Part shown: in pieces, positions 41,712-53,606 of the stretch
How positions within the stretch are numbered: the stretch's first letter is position 1
Layout: each line of letters begins with the position of its first letter
Source of the DNA: Deltaproteobacteria bacterium
GTDB taxonomy: Bacteria; Myxococcota_A; Polyangia; Fen-1088
Assembly (NCBI GenBank): GCA_033763315.1
Contig: JANRKS010000007.1
Location: forward strand, 64,001 to 128,000
Direction: 5' to 3'
Length of the DNA: 64,000 nt
Position numbers and translations under genes: made by a program
Notes under the pieces: model-generated
What the model saw: the letters and a program-made list of their open reading frames with translations, nothing else
Told to the model about the DNA's origin: nothing
The model's database searches: none

Positions 41712-42718
41712 CGGCGCACACCGGCCAACACGGTGGGCTCACTGTAAAACGGATCTGAAACGGTGGGCACGTAAACACAGTTCTGCATTTGTTCGCGCTC
41801 CAACGTGGTGCCCAACGGGGTGAAGCTGTAGCTGGCGCCAAGCTCCTGCTCCACCAACGCCACAAACGCTGTGCGTGTGCGAAAGTATTTGTCGTTGCAC
41901 AAGAGCACGACGTGCTCCGGCACCATCACACGCAGGCTGGCAAAGATTTGCGGCCACAACAAACGCAGCAGACGCTCGTTGCCCCGGCCCACGCCAAACG
42001 CGGGCGGATCCACGATCACCACATCGAAGGCCTGCGCCGTTTTGCGTTCCACACGACGCAGATGCTTGGCGAGGAAGTCCTGCGTGGTATCGGGCAACAC
42101 ACGCATCTTTACCTGATTGAGTGCCGCGTTCCGTAGCGACCATGCCAAGTATTCACGGTTGGGATCCACGTTTGCGACGTCGGCAGCACCACCCGCGGCG
42201 GCCGCGATGCCAAACGCGCCCGTATATGAAAATAGATTCAGAACCCGTTTGCCCTGGGCCACGCCACGCACATATTGGCGCGCCTTCGCGGCGTCTAAGT
42301 AGATGCCAAAGTCATGGGCCGGATCCAGGCCCACTTCGTAAGCCAAACCGCACTCGCGCGCGACAAGCGGCACCTGTTGAGGCGCGGCTGGCCGTGCGGC
42401 TTGTGAGACGAAAACGTTCTTACCGTCCACCGCGGCCCGCGCTTTGGCCACCACGTGGCTTTGCGGAAAGCACCGCGTGAGCACACCCAGCAACGCGTCC
42501 GCCGTTGCAGCGCCTTCGTCGGGCCCGCAATACTCAGTGCCCACCACCAACGGCCCAAACTGGTCGACCAACAAGCCCGGCAAACCGTCCACGCTGCCCG
42601 CGCTGAGGCGCACGCAGGTGCTCTGGCGGCTGGGCTCATCGGCTGCACGCGCGGCCAAGCGTGGCCGCCACGCAAGCAGATGATCCTCTAGGGCCGCAAG
42701 TCGTGCGCTCGGGGGCAC
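41708..42718 (-). CDS. RlmI/RlmK-like SAM-dependent methyltransferase
   Basis: DGLPGLLVDQFG, GIYLD, VLNLFSYTGAFG, FDVVIVDPPAF; GTG start estimated. Confidence 0.85.
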   Translation of the reverse strand: MPPSARLAALEDHLLAWRPRLAARAADEPSRQSTCVRLSAGSVDGLPGLLVDQFGPLVVGTEYCGPDEGAATADALLGVLTRCFPQSHVVAKARAAVDGKNVFVSQAARPAAPQQVPLVARECGLAYEVGLDPAHDFGIYLDAAKARQYVRGVAQGKRVLNLFSYTGAFGIAAAAGGAADVANVDPNREYLAWSLRNAALNQVKMRVLPDTTQDFLAKHLRRVERKTAQAFDVVIVDPPAFGVGRGNERLLRLLWPQIFASLRVMVPEHVVLLCNDKYFRTRTAFVALVEQELGASYSFTPLGTTLEREQMQNCVYVPTVSDPFYSEPTVLAGVRR

Positions 42719-42764
42719 GTGCCTGCCATACCGTCTTACGCGCCTGCCGTCGAGGCACCTGTCT

Positions 42765-43625
42765 TCATAGACCCAGGGCAAAACCGCTGGAGGCTTCTGC
42801 CACCACCGCAAAGCTTGGCGCGCCCGCCAACACCCGCCCCTCCGCGAACCACGCAAAGCTTGAGGCAAAGTGATAGGCAAACCCCAGGCCGGGGCCAAAG
42901 ATGAACGGTCCGCCACGAACCGTGTCATTGCTGGTGAGCCCGTCATTCGGCCGCTGCGGCACCTTGAGCCGAAAGCCATCGCCGCCCCCCGCCATTGCAG
43001 AGATTAGCCATACGGCGTTGCCCTGCCCGACTGACCACGTGGCTTTCAAGAACGCGGCGTTGGCGATCTTGGGGGCCGGCGAGGCCTCAGTGGCCTGCCA
43101 CTGCCCAGGCTCAACCAACTGTTGCCGGCCCGCAATGCTCAGGGCGAAGCCACGCGTGATCTGCCAGCCGAGCTCGGGGTTTAACACCAACCCGGCGTTT
43201 GCGTAACCCGCGCTTGTTTGCAGAGCCGTGTTGCCTTCGAGCACGCGCCCCGGATGCCAGCCCGTGCCTGAGCCCGCCGACAACGCAATAAAGATGCGCC
43301 CGCCACCGCGACGGTGGGAATTGTTGGGTTCGCCAACCTCTTGCACACGCGGCTGTTTCTTTCGTGGCCGGCGCGCCTTTTTCTGCGTCACAAGCACATC
43401 GGCATCTTCGGCTGCGTCTGCGGGCGAATCAGCACGCGCGTCCAACAGCGGTGGTTCCGGATCCTGGGCCTCGTCCCGTTCTGCGGGTGGAACGGGTGCG
43501 GCCTCGGGCGGGGGGGCTTTGCGGCGGCGCTTGTGTTTGCTGGATGCGTTCGCGTCTTGCCACGTGCCCCATCCCAGCAAGGCCAAACACACGGTCAGAA
43601 CATACGCCACGGGTTTATGGCTCAT
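42765..43625 (-). CDS. Secreted hypothetical protein with beta-barrel-like C-terminus
   Basis: Signal peptide, charged/Pro-rich linker, amphipathic strands (PELGWQ, GPGLGFAYHF). Confidence 0.65.
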   Translation of the reverse strand: MSHKPVAYVLTVCLALLGWGTWQDANASSKHKRRRKAPPPEAAPVPPAERDEAQDPEPPLLDARADSPADAAEDADVLVTQKKARRPRKKQPRVQEVGEPNNSHRRGGGRIFIALSAGSGTGWHPGRVLEGNTALQTSAGYANAGLVLNPELGWQITRGFALSIAGRQQLVEPGQWQATEASPAPKIANAAFLKATWSVGQGNAVWLISAMAGGGDGFRLKVPQRPNDGLTSNDTVRGGPFIFGPGLGFAYHFASSFAWFAEGRVLAGAPSFAVVAEASSGFALGL

Positions 43626-43648
43626 TGCACGCGGCCCTTCGCTTGCAG

Positions 43649-44989
43649 TTAGGCACTAAGGATCGCCAATGGCGTTTTGTTCGCGCCGGTAAGCGCCTTG
43701 TCGCCAAAGCCCGAGAAGTTTGTGACACCCATGGCCTCGCACAGGTTTAGCAACACGCGCTCGTGGCGAGCGGCAGCGCTGTCTCCCGGCCCCTTGATGT
43801 AGCGGCCGCCCGGCTTTGTCCGCAGGTAACCACCCGCGCCGCCTGCCAAAACGAACCGCATGTTCTGCATGTTGTGGGTGACTGAATCGCCCATGTCGCG
43901 GCACCAGGCAATCAACGTGTTGTCGAGCAAGCTGCCACTGCCGTCGGCTTCAGGTGTGGCTTTGAGCTTTTGCACGGTTTGCACGAAACGTTCACACAGC
44001 CAGCGTTCAAGCGCTATCAAACCCTTGAATTCAGGGGCACCGCTGTGAAGCAGGCCGCCGTGCTGATCCGTTTTCAATCCGATGTCAGGCAGATCCACGG
44101 GCATGCTTTGATCGGATCCGAATTGAATTGCGGCCACACGTGTGATGTCGCACGCAAAGGCGTTGTGAATCACCTCCAAATGCAAAGCGTTGGCTTTGCA
44201 CACGTTCGACTCTTCGGGCGGCGCCGTGGGCTTTGTGCACGAAACAGGTGTGCTGCCGCCCCCGCCTGTGCCATCTCCCGTTTGCAGCAAGCGCTCCTCG
44301 ATTTGGTGAATTGAATCAAGGTGAAGATCCAGCTTCGCCTTTTCCTGCGCTCCCAGCGTTTGTTTGAGCGTTGCAATCTCACTCTTGAGCTGGGTGACGA
44401 TGCGTTGACGGCGCTTGAACATCTTGTCCGTGGCGGGCGCAGGAGCGGTTGGCATGGTGGGCCCCGTCGTTGCCACACCATCAAACACGGCCTTAAACGC
44501 TGCCAACGGAGACGAGATCGTCGTGAGGTTCTGCCCGCGGTTGAACATCGTGCGTCCGCCGCCGGCCGTGGTCTCGGCGCCCAACAGCAACACAGGGATG
44601 GGCCGCTTGATGCCTTGGGCGATCAGTTGATCGGAAATGTATTGCTCCACTGATGTGGCGTTGCCGTAACCTGTACCAGCCAGGCCATCGGGAGCGCCGT
44701 GACCATTGCCTGGGTTGCCACTCGGCAGGCCTTCGATGAGGATCAAGTTGTCTTTGATCTTCGCCAAAGGCTCTGTCATCGCGCTCCACGTGTCGATGCC
44801 GCCATCAGATGCCGACGGCGGCGTCCACATCGTGGGGTTCGTGCCCATCGTGCAAAACAGCAACAAGCGCTTGGATTTCTTGCCTGTGGCGCCCACGGCT
44901 TTTTCGCCGCGCAAGATCGATATAAACGGCGCGAAGAGCAAACTTGCGGTGGTGCTCATCGTCAACTGCCGGCGGCTTAACTTAACCAT
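43649..44989 (-). CDS. DUF1552 family Tat-exported protein
   Basis: LSRRQL Tat signal, KLDLHLDSIHQIE, AFACDITRVA, SLLDNTLI, FVLAGGAGG. Confidence 0.88.
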   Translation of the reverse strand: MVKLSRRQLTMSTTASLLFAPFISILRGEKAVGATGKKSKRLLLFCTMGTNPTMWTPPSASDGGIDTWSAMTEPLAKIKDNLILIEGLPSGNPGNGHGAPDGLAGTGYGNATSVEQYISDQLIAQGIKRPIPVLLLGAETTAGGGRTMFNRGQNLTTISSPLAAFKAVFDGVATTGPTMPTAPAPATDKMFKRRQRIVTQLKSEIATLKQTLGAQEKAKLDLHLDSIHQIEERLLQTGDGTGGGGSTPVSCTKPTAPPEESNVCKANALHLEVIHNAFACDITRVAAIQFGSDQSMPVDLPDIGLKTDQHGGLLHSGAPEFKGLIALERWLCERFVQTVQKLKATPEADGSGSLLDNTLIAWCRDMGDSVTHNMQNMRFVLAGGAGGYLRTKPGGRYIKGPGDSAAARHERVLLNLCEAMGVTNFSGFGDKALTGANKTPLAILSA

Positions 44990-45041
44990 GATGGAAGACT
45001 CCTGTCAGAGGTGATCAAGAAGGTGACGCTGGGCGGGCCGC

Positions 45042-46805
45042 CTAGAGATCTTTCACGCGCTGGGTGAAGTGCGGGGCGTTGATGATTCCCGTCAGCACAC
45101 CTTTGAACGAATAGTTGTCCTTCGCGGCTGTGCCTTGCACCGCCTCGTAGGTGCAGGCGTCGTTGTCCCAACTCGCCATACCGTAGGCGTAATAAGACCA
45201 GAACCGCACCAAACAGGCTTTGGTGGCTTGGCTTGTGGAAAGTTTGGTGGCCAATTCCTGCACACCGCGGAACGTGAAATCTTCTCCGTCAATGTCGGTG
45301 AGTTCACCTGAATCATCAACCGGTTTACCCGCATCCGTGTCTCGCTTGCGGCCGACGCCATCGTACCCTTCAAAGCCAAACCCGATGGGATCCATTTGGC
45401 GATGGCAACCAGCACACGCCGATGACTGTGAATGCTGCATGAAGCGTTCACGGGTGGTTTGGTTGGCCTGCGGAGCCTTCAGCATCGTGTCGAGGTTCGC
45501 AGGCGGCGGCGGAAGCGCTTGGCACAACAGCCGCGTTCGCACCATTTTTCCGCGAAACGTTGGCGACGAAGCGGTTGCATTCGAGTGCGCGGTCAAGAGG
45601 CTCGCGTGCGCCAAGATGCCTGGATCACGTTTACCAGCGGGCAACGTGAACTTGGTCATACCGGTCTCGGTTCCCAGCGACACGTCGAAACCATAGTGTT
45701 GCTTGAGCCGGCCGTTGATGAACGAATAATCCGCCGTGAACATCTGACCAAAGGCCGCCTTGCTGGAATAAAGATCAGCCACAAAGCTGCGTGTTTCGCT
45801 AAGCATGTCAGCCCGCAGCTCGTCTGATAAGGCGAAAACCTTGTCGTCTTTGACGATCGATCGCAGGAGATCGAGATCTAGCCAGCCCTTGAAAAAGTCC
45901 ACCACCACGTCAGCGCTTGATGCGTTCGCCATCAATCGATCGGCTTGCTTCAAGATCTGCTCTTGCGTTCCAAGCTGGTTCGCCTCAGCCGCCGCCAACA
46001 ACGTGTCATCGGGCGTGGTCCCCAACAGCAGGTATGACAAAGCCGTAGCAATCTCGAACTGGGTCAACTTGAAACTGCCGCCAGACTGCGGAGCGCCGAG
46101 TTCGCTTCGGTAAAGAAAGTATGGCGATTGAAGCATCGCTGTGAGAACGGCTTCGACGCCTTCGGAAAAAGTCGCTTCGCCAGTGAAGATGGTCTCGTAG
46201 GCTTTGACTTGTGCGTCGGACAGGGGCGCACGAAATGCCCGTTTACCGAAGGCCTTAATGAACTGCTGGCGGCATGTGGCGTCGTTGGTTTGGCAGCTAG
46301 TGACGCTGCTGAGTTTCGTCGTCGCTATCTTGTTTGCGAGCTCTTCGGCTTGGCTGCGAATGCGGTCTGCATCCAGACCGCGCACCAATAAACCACTTGC
46401 ATCCACGCTAAAACCCAACGCCACAGGATCATCAACAACGGAAGCCACGGACAGCGCTGGATCGCTGAGCAAGCTGCGCAGCGACGCCGCCAACTGCAAG
46501 GTGCTGAGGCGCCGCAACACGCGCGGGCCCGGTGCGTTGGTCTTGCATTCCGACGCGTCTGGAGGCGTGGCGCCCACAGGCAACGTGGGCAAAAACGGCG
46601 GCAAGGTGCTGTCACCGCCCGCGCCGCCACCATTGTTGTTGTTGTCACCAGAGCCGCTCTCGCCGCCCTGTGAGTTGTTGTTATTTCCACCCAAGCCCGT
46701 ACCCACTGCCGAGATGGAGCCGGGGTTGCAACCAGTTATGGTCACCACCACAGTCATCCATGCCAAGGAACTCGAAAGGTACTGCATCCGAACTATGCCT
46801 TTCAT
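45042..46805 (-). CDS. DUF1592-family (DUF1587/1595/1592/1588/1585) cytochrome c-like lipoprotein
   Basis: LRRLS, RAFRAP, LQSPYFLYR, SSPTFRG, CAGCHRQMDPIGFGFEGYD. Confidence 0.9.
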   Translation of the reverse strand: MKGIVRMQYLSSSLAWMTVVVTITGCNPGSISAVGTGLGGNNNNSQGGESGSGDNNNNGGGAGGDSTLPPFLPTLPVGATPPDASECKTNAPGPRVLRRLSTLQLAASLRSLLSDPALSVASVVDDPVALGFSVDASGLLVRGLDADRIRSQAEELANKIATTKLSSVTSCQTNDATCRQQFIKAFGKRAFRAPLSDAQVKAYETIFTGEATFSEGVEAVLTAMLQSPYFLYRSELGAPQSGGSFKLTQFEIATALSYLLLGTTPDDTLLAAAEANQLGTQEQILKQADRLMANASSADVVVDFFKGWLDLDLLRSIVKDDKVFALSDELRADMLSETRSFVADLYSSKAAFGQMFTADYSFINGRLKQHYGFDVSLGTETGMTKFTLPAGKRDPGILAHASLLTAHSNATASSPTFRGKMVRTRLLCQALPPPPANLDTMLKAPQANQTTRERFMQHSQSSACAGCHRQMDPIGFGFEGYDGVGRKRDTDAGKPVDDSGELTDIDGEDFTFRGVQELATKLSTSQATKACLVRFWSYYAYGMASWDNDACTYEAVQGTAAKDNYSFKGVLTGIINAPHFTQRVKDL

Positions 46806-46931
46806 TCCGGCGCCGTGTGTTTAAGAAGTCTTTCCGTACATAAGACAACCACTAGGTCGCTCGAAGCGAGAAAGGTTCTCCGAGTGAATTTGCTTGTGCA
46901 CTTAACGAACGCGTTGTGGCATCTAAGGCCT

Positions 46932-47399
46932 ATGAACGGACCCTCCGTTGGACAGAAGTGCCCTCATTTCAGCGCGTTGGATATGGAAGGCCAGCGCGTC
47001 AGCGATGTGGATCTGCGCCGCGATGGCGCCCTCGTGCTTTACTTTTATCCAAAGGATGAAACGCCTGGATGCACCGCCGAAGCGTGTGCGTTCCGTGACG
47101 ATCACGAGGAATTCGTGGCCGCAGGAGCCACCGTTGTGGGCGTAAGCCCCGATTCACCAGAAAGCCACCGCGCGTTTGTCCGCAACCATGAAATTCCATT
47201 TCGTTTGCTGTCTGATCCAAACAAAGAACTGTTCAAGCTGTTCGGCGTCACCGACACTTTGGGAATCCTCCCGGGCCGGGAGACGTTCGTGATCGACGCG
47301 AACGGTGTGGTGCAGCATCGCTTTCGGTCGCAATTGTTCGCCCGCAAACACGTGGCCAACGCCTTGGCCAGCCTTAAAAAGCGTAAGGGCGAGCCATAA
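46932..47399 (+). CDS. bcp: Peroxiredoxin (BCP/PrxQ)
   Basis: LYFYPKDETPGCTAEACAFRD, VVGVSPD. Confidence 0.92.
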   Translation: MNGPSVGQKCPHFSALDMEGQRVSDVDLRRDGALVLYFYPKDETPGCTAEACAFRDDHEEFVAAGATVVGVSPDSPESHRAFVRNHEIPFRLLSDPNKELFKLFGVTDTLGILPGRETFVIDANGVVQHRFRSQLFARKHVANALASLKKRKGEP

Positions 47400-47475
47400 C
47401 CCGTGCCACCCTTAAGTCTCGTTCACATGCGGCCGATGACCTACTGGCAGCCCCTGTGGGCTAAGCCAGGTCATC

Positions 47476-48476
<1,001 letters not shown>

Positions 48477-48480
<4 letters not shown>

Positions 48481-49058
48481 CCGCAGCGACCGCCCAGCAA
48501 ACCCTTTTTCAATCCGACGCTGGTAGGGGGTTCACCCAACCACACGCGAAACAGCGCGCGGGCAAAGTCCAGGCCTTCGATCACACCGGAACCTTGTCCC
48601 GGCGCTTTGACTTGCACGCCTTTGCCAGGCACGTACCACAACGTCAACGTTTCACCCGGCTCAAACGCAGGCAGCATCTCGAAGAACTGCTGCACGCGCG
48701 CTTGCAAGGTGGTCCACTCTTCGGGAGAAGACTTCTTGACGCCTTCCGTAATGGTCTTTCGCATATCTGCCTTCGAAACGCCTCGCAAAAAAGACAGCCG
48801 CATCAGTTTGGATTGATCGGCTCCTGCAATGGCTTCCCCGTCATCACTTTTTTCTTTGAGGTAAAGAGCGGCCACGTAGACGTTGATTTTGAAGACAGTG
48901 GCTTCTCGCAGGCCGAGGCCATTGAGCACAAGCCTCTCACCCCCCACCTCAAGGGCATCGGGCACGCGGACGCCCTGACATTCACCCGCCCAAGCAAGCG
49001 AGCCACTTGCAACGCAAGCAACCAACAAGCCAATCACCAGTCCGTGCCTATAAGCCAT
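48477..49058 (-). CDS. Chalcone-isomerase-like secreted protein
   Basis: LVLNGLGLRE..VYVAALYL..FARALFRVWLG..LKKGLLG. Confidence 0.85.
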
Positions 49059-49113
49059 GAATGCTCAAGCGTAGCATCCCTGCGTGTTAGGCCCGGCCCC
49101 ATGCTTGGGGCGG

Positions 49114-49320
49114 CTAATCGGTGGCGCTCTCGATCACATGGACCCAGTGCGGCTCAAGCGGGCCCGAGGGCGCCAGGCACCAGCTTAGGTCCGCCGTGCG
49201 GTTGAGCGCATCCGAGCGCCCCTGCGCGGACAGGTCTGCCCTTGCCCCGCCAAGGGACAAAGAGCCGTCAGTGGCAACCAGGGCGTTGGATAAAACAGAG
49301 TCGCGACCCGAGGAGTTCAT
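49114..49320 (-). CDS. Small hypothetical protein (68 aa)
   Basis: Sole ORF directly behind a -24/-12 promoter in a ~400-nt gap; hairpin right after stop. Confidence 0.6.
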   Translation of the reverse strand: MNSSGRDSVLSNALVATDGSLSLGGARADLSAQGRSDALNRTADLSWCLAPSGPLEPHWVHVIESATD

Positions 49321-49337
49321 GTGTGCCCGTATCCTTC

Positions 49338-49353
49338 AGCAACATCCGTACCA
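49338..49353 (-). promoter_or_regulatory. Sigma-54 promoter
   Basis: Minus strand TGGTACGGATGTTGCT (GG-N10-GC, TTGCT); IHF-like box at 49371-49383. Confidence 0.75.
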
Positions 49354-49461
49354 GTGAGGCCTTGATGAGATTTCAGGCACTTACAGCCACCGGTTGCCGT
49401 TGTTGGTGCGTTGATGGCTTCTCACCTGAGGCCAAAATGCGTAAGAAACCTCGCAGCAACG

Positions 49462-52302
49462 TCATTCTTCGCTTAACGGCGGCGTGGTGGATGCGCGCCG
49501 AACCGGCTCGGTGCGGCTGCTCTTCCACGGCGGCCGCCGCCACTCATCAATGAGAGACGCCACGAGCGCCGTCCAGCCCGTTTGGTGGCTGGCGCCCAAG
49601 CCCTCCCCCGTTTCGGCGTGAAAGTACTCATAAAACAAAGGCAGGTCCTTCCAATGAGGATCGTCTTGGAATTTGCGGCGCTGGCCATGGACGGGCCGCT
49701 CGCCATTTTCGTTGCGGGTGAAAAGCCGGATCATACGGTTCGCTTGATCTTCAGCCACCGCCCACAGATCGCGGGGCCCTCCGGTCGTTCCGTCGGAAGG
49801 CACGACCACCTCGGGGCCGAGCGCTGTGCCTAGTTTGCGCAACGTCTCGATCGTGAGAAACGCGGTGGGAAACCACAACGGCCCCCGCCAATTGGAGTTG
49901 CCGCCCTTGAGCTTCGAGCTCGACTCCGCGGGTTCATAACGAACCTCGGCGTCGCCATAGCGAAATGGTTTTTGCTCATGCAACTTCGACAAACTGCGCA
50001 TGCCAAACGGTGACATGAACTCGTCGGGATCGAGGACGTGGGTCAGCACCTGGCGCAGTTGCTCTTGCGTGAACACCGCCAACAGATGGGTTATGCCCTC
50101 GGCCTTGACAATCGGTTCACACACACCCTGCAACAAGTTGCGCCTGTGCAGCAAGAACCAATGCAGATCCTGTTTGAACTCAGTAAACGGCGCGATCCAC
50201 TTTTCTTCAAGTCGTTCAACCGCGAACAACGGAATCAGACCAACCATTGAGCGCACACGAAATCGATCAAAGTGGCCATCGGGGCAGCGGAGGACATCGT
50301 AAAAGAATCCTTCTTCCTCGTCCCACAAGCTGTAGTCGCGGCCGCCCATGTGCTTCATAGCCGCGGCCACATACACGTAATGTTGGAAGAACTTCGTGGC
50401 CAGCCCTTCGTAAACCGGATTTTCGTTTGCAAGCTCAAGTGCCATTCGCATCAGCTGCAGGCAGAACATGCCCATCCAGCCTGTGCCATCCGATTGTTCA
50501 AGCGTGGCGCCGGCGGGCAACGGCTGGCTGCGATCAATAACAGTGATGTTATCCAAGCCTAAAAAGCCGCCCTCGAACACATTGTTGCCTTCACGATCCA
50601 CCTTGTTGACCCAGAACGAGAAGTTCAGCAGCAACTTGTGAAAGCAGCGCTCAAGAAAAGCTCTGTCTGCGTGGCCCGTGCGGTGCCTCTCCATGTTGTA
50701 AACGCGCCACACAGCCCAGGCGTGCACAGGCGGGTTCAGATCTGAGAATTCCCATTCATAGGCAGGTATCTGGCCGCACGGATGCAGGAACTGCTCGAAC
50801 AGCAACATCCACAGCTGTTCCTTGGCAAAAGCCGGATCGATGAGCGCCATCGTCACGGCATGAAAGGCGAGATCCCATGCGGCAAACCACGGATACTCCC
50901 ATTTATCGGGCACCAACATGATGCGCATGGAATTAAGGTGCTGCCAGTGAACGTTCCGGATGTTGGCCCGACCGGCCGGCGGAGGCCATGACGGATTGTC
51001 ACCCGATGCCCAGCGCGCCACATCGAAAAGATAAATCTGCTTCGACCACAACAGCCCCGCCAGCGCTTGCCGCTGAACCAAACGTTCATCCGCTGTGGCC
51101 TTGGGCGGCGCCAACGCCGCATAGAACTCATCCGCCTCTGCTTTGCGCCGCTTTACGATCGCGTCCACCGCTTGCAGCGGCGCGACCGATGTCGGGGGCG
51201 TGCTTTGCAAGCGGAAACGCAGCACCACGGAACCACCCGCTGGCACCAACCGCTTATAGTGAACCGCACTTTTGGTGCCCCATTGCCGCGGGTTCACAGC
51301 GTCGGCTTCGCCATTGATCACGTAGCGGTGGAACGCGTCTTTGGTGTAAGCGCTTTGGCTTTGTGCCCATGGGCCATAAACGGCGGGCGCGTTGGTTTCA
51401 TTGTCGCAAAACAGCGGCTGCCCATCGGGTTCGGCAAGCAGATAGCGCGCGCCCAACTTGTATGAACGAAGCAAATTCTCGGGCGGACGCGCGTCCTGAT
51501 CGTCGGCCCGCACGCAGATGAAGCCTTCACCCGATGGCCCCGGATCGATGCGCGGCCGCGGTAAAGGCTCAGATCCCCATGACCACGTGTTGCGAAACCA
51601 AAGATGCGGCAGGACGTGAATGGAGGCAGCTTCCGGCCCGCGGTTCTCGATGACCACGCGGATGCACACATCTTCCACGTCGGCTTTCGCGTATTCAACG
51701 AACACATCAAAGTAGCGATCGTCATCAAAGATACCCGTGTCCAAGAGCTCAAACTCGGGGCCTTGACCATGCCGGCGGCGGTTCTCGTCGATCAGTTGTT
51801 GGTAAGGAAACGCGCGCTGAGGGTACTTGTAAAGCCAGCGCATGTAAGCGTGGCTCGGTAGGTTGTCGAGGTAGAAGTAATACTCTTTGACGTCTTCACC
51901 GTGGTTGGCTTCTTCGGGGACGAGGCCAAACAGCCGCTCTTTTAAGATGGGATCTTGTTCGTTCCAAAACGCGAACGCGAAGGCCATGACTTGGTAGCGA
52001 TCACAAATGCCCGCCATGCCATCTTCGCCCCAACGGTAGGCCTTCTTGCGCGCGTGTTCGTGCGGGAAATATTTCCAAGCGTCGCCGTTGGCGCTGTAGT
52101 CCTCACGCACGGTGCCCCACGACCGTTCCGAAACGTACGGACCAAAGCGACGCCACCCCTCAAGGTCGGGGCTGGCCAACCGTTGGCCTTCCTTGGTGTT
52201 GGCCAGGGCCTGGCCGATGAAGCCACCGCTCGTGCCGGTTTGGCTTTCTGTATGTTCGTCAACGGGCAGGCCTGCTTGCGGGGGCACCGGGGTCTCGGGC
52301 AT
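49462..52302 (-). CDS. GH63 / MGH1-like glycoside hydrolase (glucosidase)
   Basis: [67 protein letters not shown]. Confidence 0.9.
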   Translation of the reverse strand: MPETPVPPQAGLPVDEHTESQTGTSGGFIGQALANTKEGQRLASPDLEGWRRFGPYVSERSWGTVREDYSANGDAWKYFPHEHARKKAYRWGEDGMAGICDRYQVMAFAFAFWNEQDPILKERLFGLVPEEANHGEDVKEYYFYLDNLPSHAYMRWLYKYPQRAFPYQQLIDENRRRHGQGPEFELLDTGIFDDDRYFDVFVEYAKADVEDVCIRVVIENRGPEAASIHVLPHLWFRNTWSWGSEPLPRPRIDPGPSGEGFICVRADDQDARPPENLLRSYKLGARYLLAEPDGQPLFCDNETNAPAVYGPWAQSQSAYTKDAFHRYVINGEADAVNPRQWGTKSAVHYKRLVPAGGSVVLRFRLQSTPPTSVAPLQAVDAIVKRRKAEADEFYAALAPPKATADERLVQRQALAGLLWSKQIYLFDVARWASGDNPSWPPPAGRANIRNVHWQHLNSMRIMLVPDKWEYPWFAAWDLAFHAVTMALIDPAFAKEQLWMLLFEQFLHPCGQIPAYEWEFSDLNPPVHAWAVWRVYNMERHRTGHADRAFLERCFHKLLLNFSFWVNKVDREGNNVFEGGFLGLDNITVIDRSQPLPAGATLEQSDGTGWMGMFCLQLMRMALELANENPVYEGLATKFFQHYVYVAAAMKHMGGRDYSLWDEEEGFFYDVLRCPDGHFDRFRVRSMVGLIPLFAVERLEEKWIAPFTEFKQDLHWFLLHRRNLLQGVCEPIVKAEGITHLLAVFTQEQLRQVLTHVLDPDEFMSPFGMRSLSKLHEQKPFRYGDAEVRYEPAESSSKLKGGNSNWRGPLWFPTAFLTIETLRKLGTALGPEVVVPSDGTTGGPRDLWAVAEDQANRMIRLFTRNENGERPVHGQRRKFQDDPHWKDLPLFYEYFHAETGEGLGASHQTGWTALVASLIDEWRRPPWKSSRTEPVRRASTTPPLSEE

Positions 52303-52465
52303 GCGGCCATAGTGGGGGCAAGTCAACGATTCGGGCAAGCCGACGACACCAGGGTGGCGGTGAATTTTTTGTCAGCTTTTTGCCGCTGGCATGCAACGCC
52401 GCGCGGGGCACGTGCATCAGAGGTGAGACTTCATGACACCCACACAACATTGAGGAGCCCAGACG

Positions 52466-52762
52466 ATGACCACCAGGACCCAAATCACCAAGCGAACCAC
52501 CTCCAGCAACACCACGGCCTTGCAGTCGTGCCTGCTGTGCGAGGCGTCGCTGGTGAAGGTACCCGCGTGGTTTACCGTCGCGGCAGCCGTGAAGGTGGCC
52601 GAAGCCAAACGCGTCGACGTGATTCTGGTGGATGAACCACGCCGCAAATCGATCGCCCGCGTGGCCGACTTGAAAACGGGTCGCCCCCACGAGCTGTTGG
52701 CCCGCTGGGTTCAACACGAAGAAGACGCCGCGGCGGCGTCCACCTGGGCAGCCGCAGCCTAA
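52466..52762 (+). CDS. Small hypothetical protein, possible degenerate CBS domain
   Basis: GAGGAG RBS; VKVPAWFTVAAAVKVAEAKRVDVILVDE resembles a CBS motif. Confidence 0.6.
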   Translation: MTTRTQITKRTTSSNTTALQSCLLCEASLVKVPAWFTVAAAVKVAEAKRVDVILVDEPRRKSIARVADLKTGRPHELLARWVQHEEDAAAASTWAAAA

Positions 52763-52808
52763 GCCAACAAGCGTGGCGTGTGCGCGCGTCGGCATCTATA
52801 GTGCCGGC

Positions 52809-53240
52809 GTGCCACGCCTCAAACTGAGCTTGCCCGTCACGTTCGCTTTTTCCACGGAGCTAGACGTGCGCATCACCGACATCAACTATGGCAACCATCT
52901 GGGCAACGACGCCTTGCTTTCGTTGTTGCACGAGGCCCGCGTGCGGTGGCTGCGATCGCTCGGCATGAGCGAAGGCAACGTCGAGGGCCGCTTGCTGATC
53001 ATGAGCGACGCCGCGATTTGTTATCGGGCCGAATCTTTCGCCGGTGACCGCCTGCGCATCGATGTGGCGGCATGCGACGCCACGGGCGTCAGTTGCGACA
53101 TCGTTTACCAAGTTGTTCGCACAACCGATCAGGTGTTGGTGGCGCAAGCAAAGACGGGCGTTGTCTTCTTGGATCCACAAACGCGCAAGGTCAGCCGTCT
53201 GCCCGAAACGCTGCGGGCGTTGGCCAGCGCCACATTGTGA
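52809..53240 (+). CDS. Acyl-CoA thioesterase (4HBT/hotdog fold)
   Basis: VRITDINYGNHLGND..LHEARV. Confidence 0.9.
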   Translation: MPRLKLSLPVTFAFSTELDVRITDINYGNHLGNDALLSLLHEARVRWLRSLGMSEGNVEGRLLIMSDAAICYRAESFAGDRLRIDVAACDATGVSCDIVYQVVRTTDQVLVAQAKTGVVFLDPQTRKVSRLPETLRALASATL

Positions 53241-53284
53241 CAGCCGACCAACGCCCGCAGCGTAAGCTTGGTTTAAGGAAATTA

Positions 53285-53575
53285 TTACTGAGCAGCCGCG
53301 TCCACAGCGGCATCGCCGCCCGCGTCCGCCGGCTTGGCGTCACCATTTAAAGCATCGATCTTCGCGTCCGTGCCGCTGTCAGCAGGTTTGAGCACGTCGC
53401 CACCACCTAAGGTGTCGCCGCCCAACGTGTCAGCCGCGGCATCCGTGGTTACAAGATCATCGTCTTCGTCGCCACAACCCGTGACCGCTAACGTGGTTGC
53501 CAGCGCCGCCAAAAGCAGGCCGCGGCCCGCGTAACCAAAAATTGTTCGCAACACTTGAGGAGCATAAGTTTTCAT
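53285..53575 (-). CDS. Small acidic low-complexity lipoprotein
   Basis: LAVTGC lipobox followed by Asp/Ala/Gly-rich tail; sigma-54 promoter upstream. Confidence 0.7.
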   Translation of the reverse strand: MKTYAPQVLRTIFGYAGRGLLLAALATTLAVTGCGDEDDDLVTTDAAADTLGGDTLGGGDVLKPADSGTDAKIDALNGDAKPADAGGDAAVDAAAQ

Positions 53576-53590
53576 AGTGAACCCGAACAT

Positions 53591-53606
53591 AGCAATGACT
53601 GTGCCA
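53591..53606 (-). promoter_or_regulatory. Sigma-54 promoter
   Basis: Minus strand TGGCACAGTCATTGCT, full consensus; IHF-like box at 53624-53636. Confidence 0.85.
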
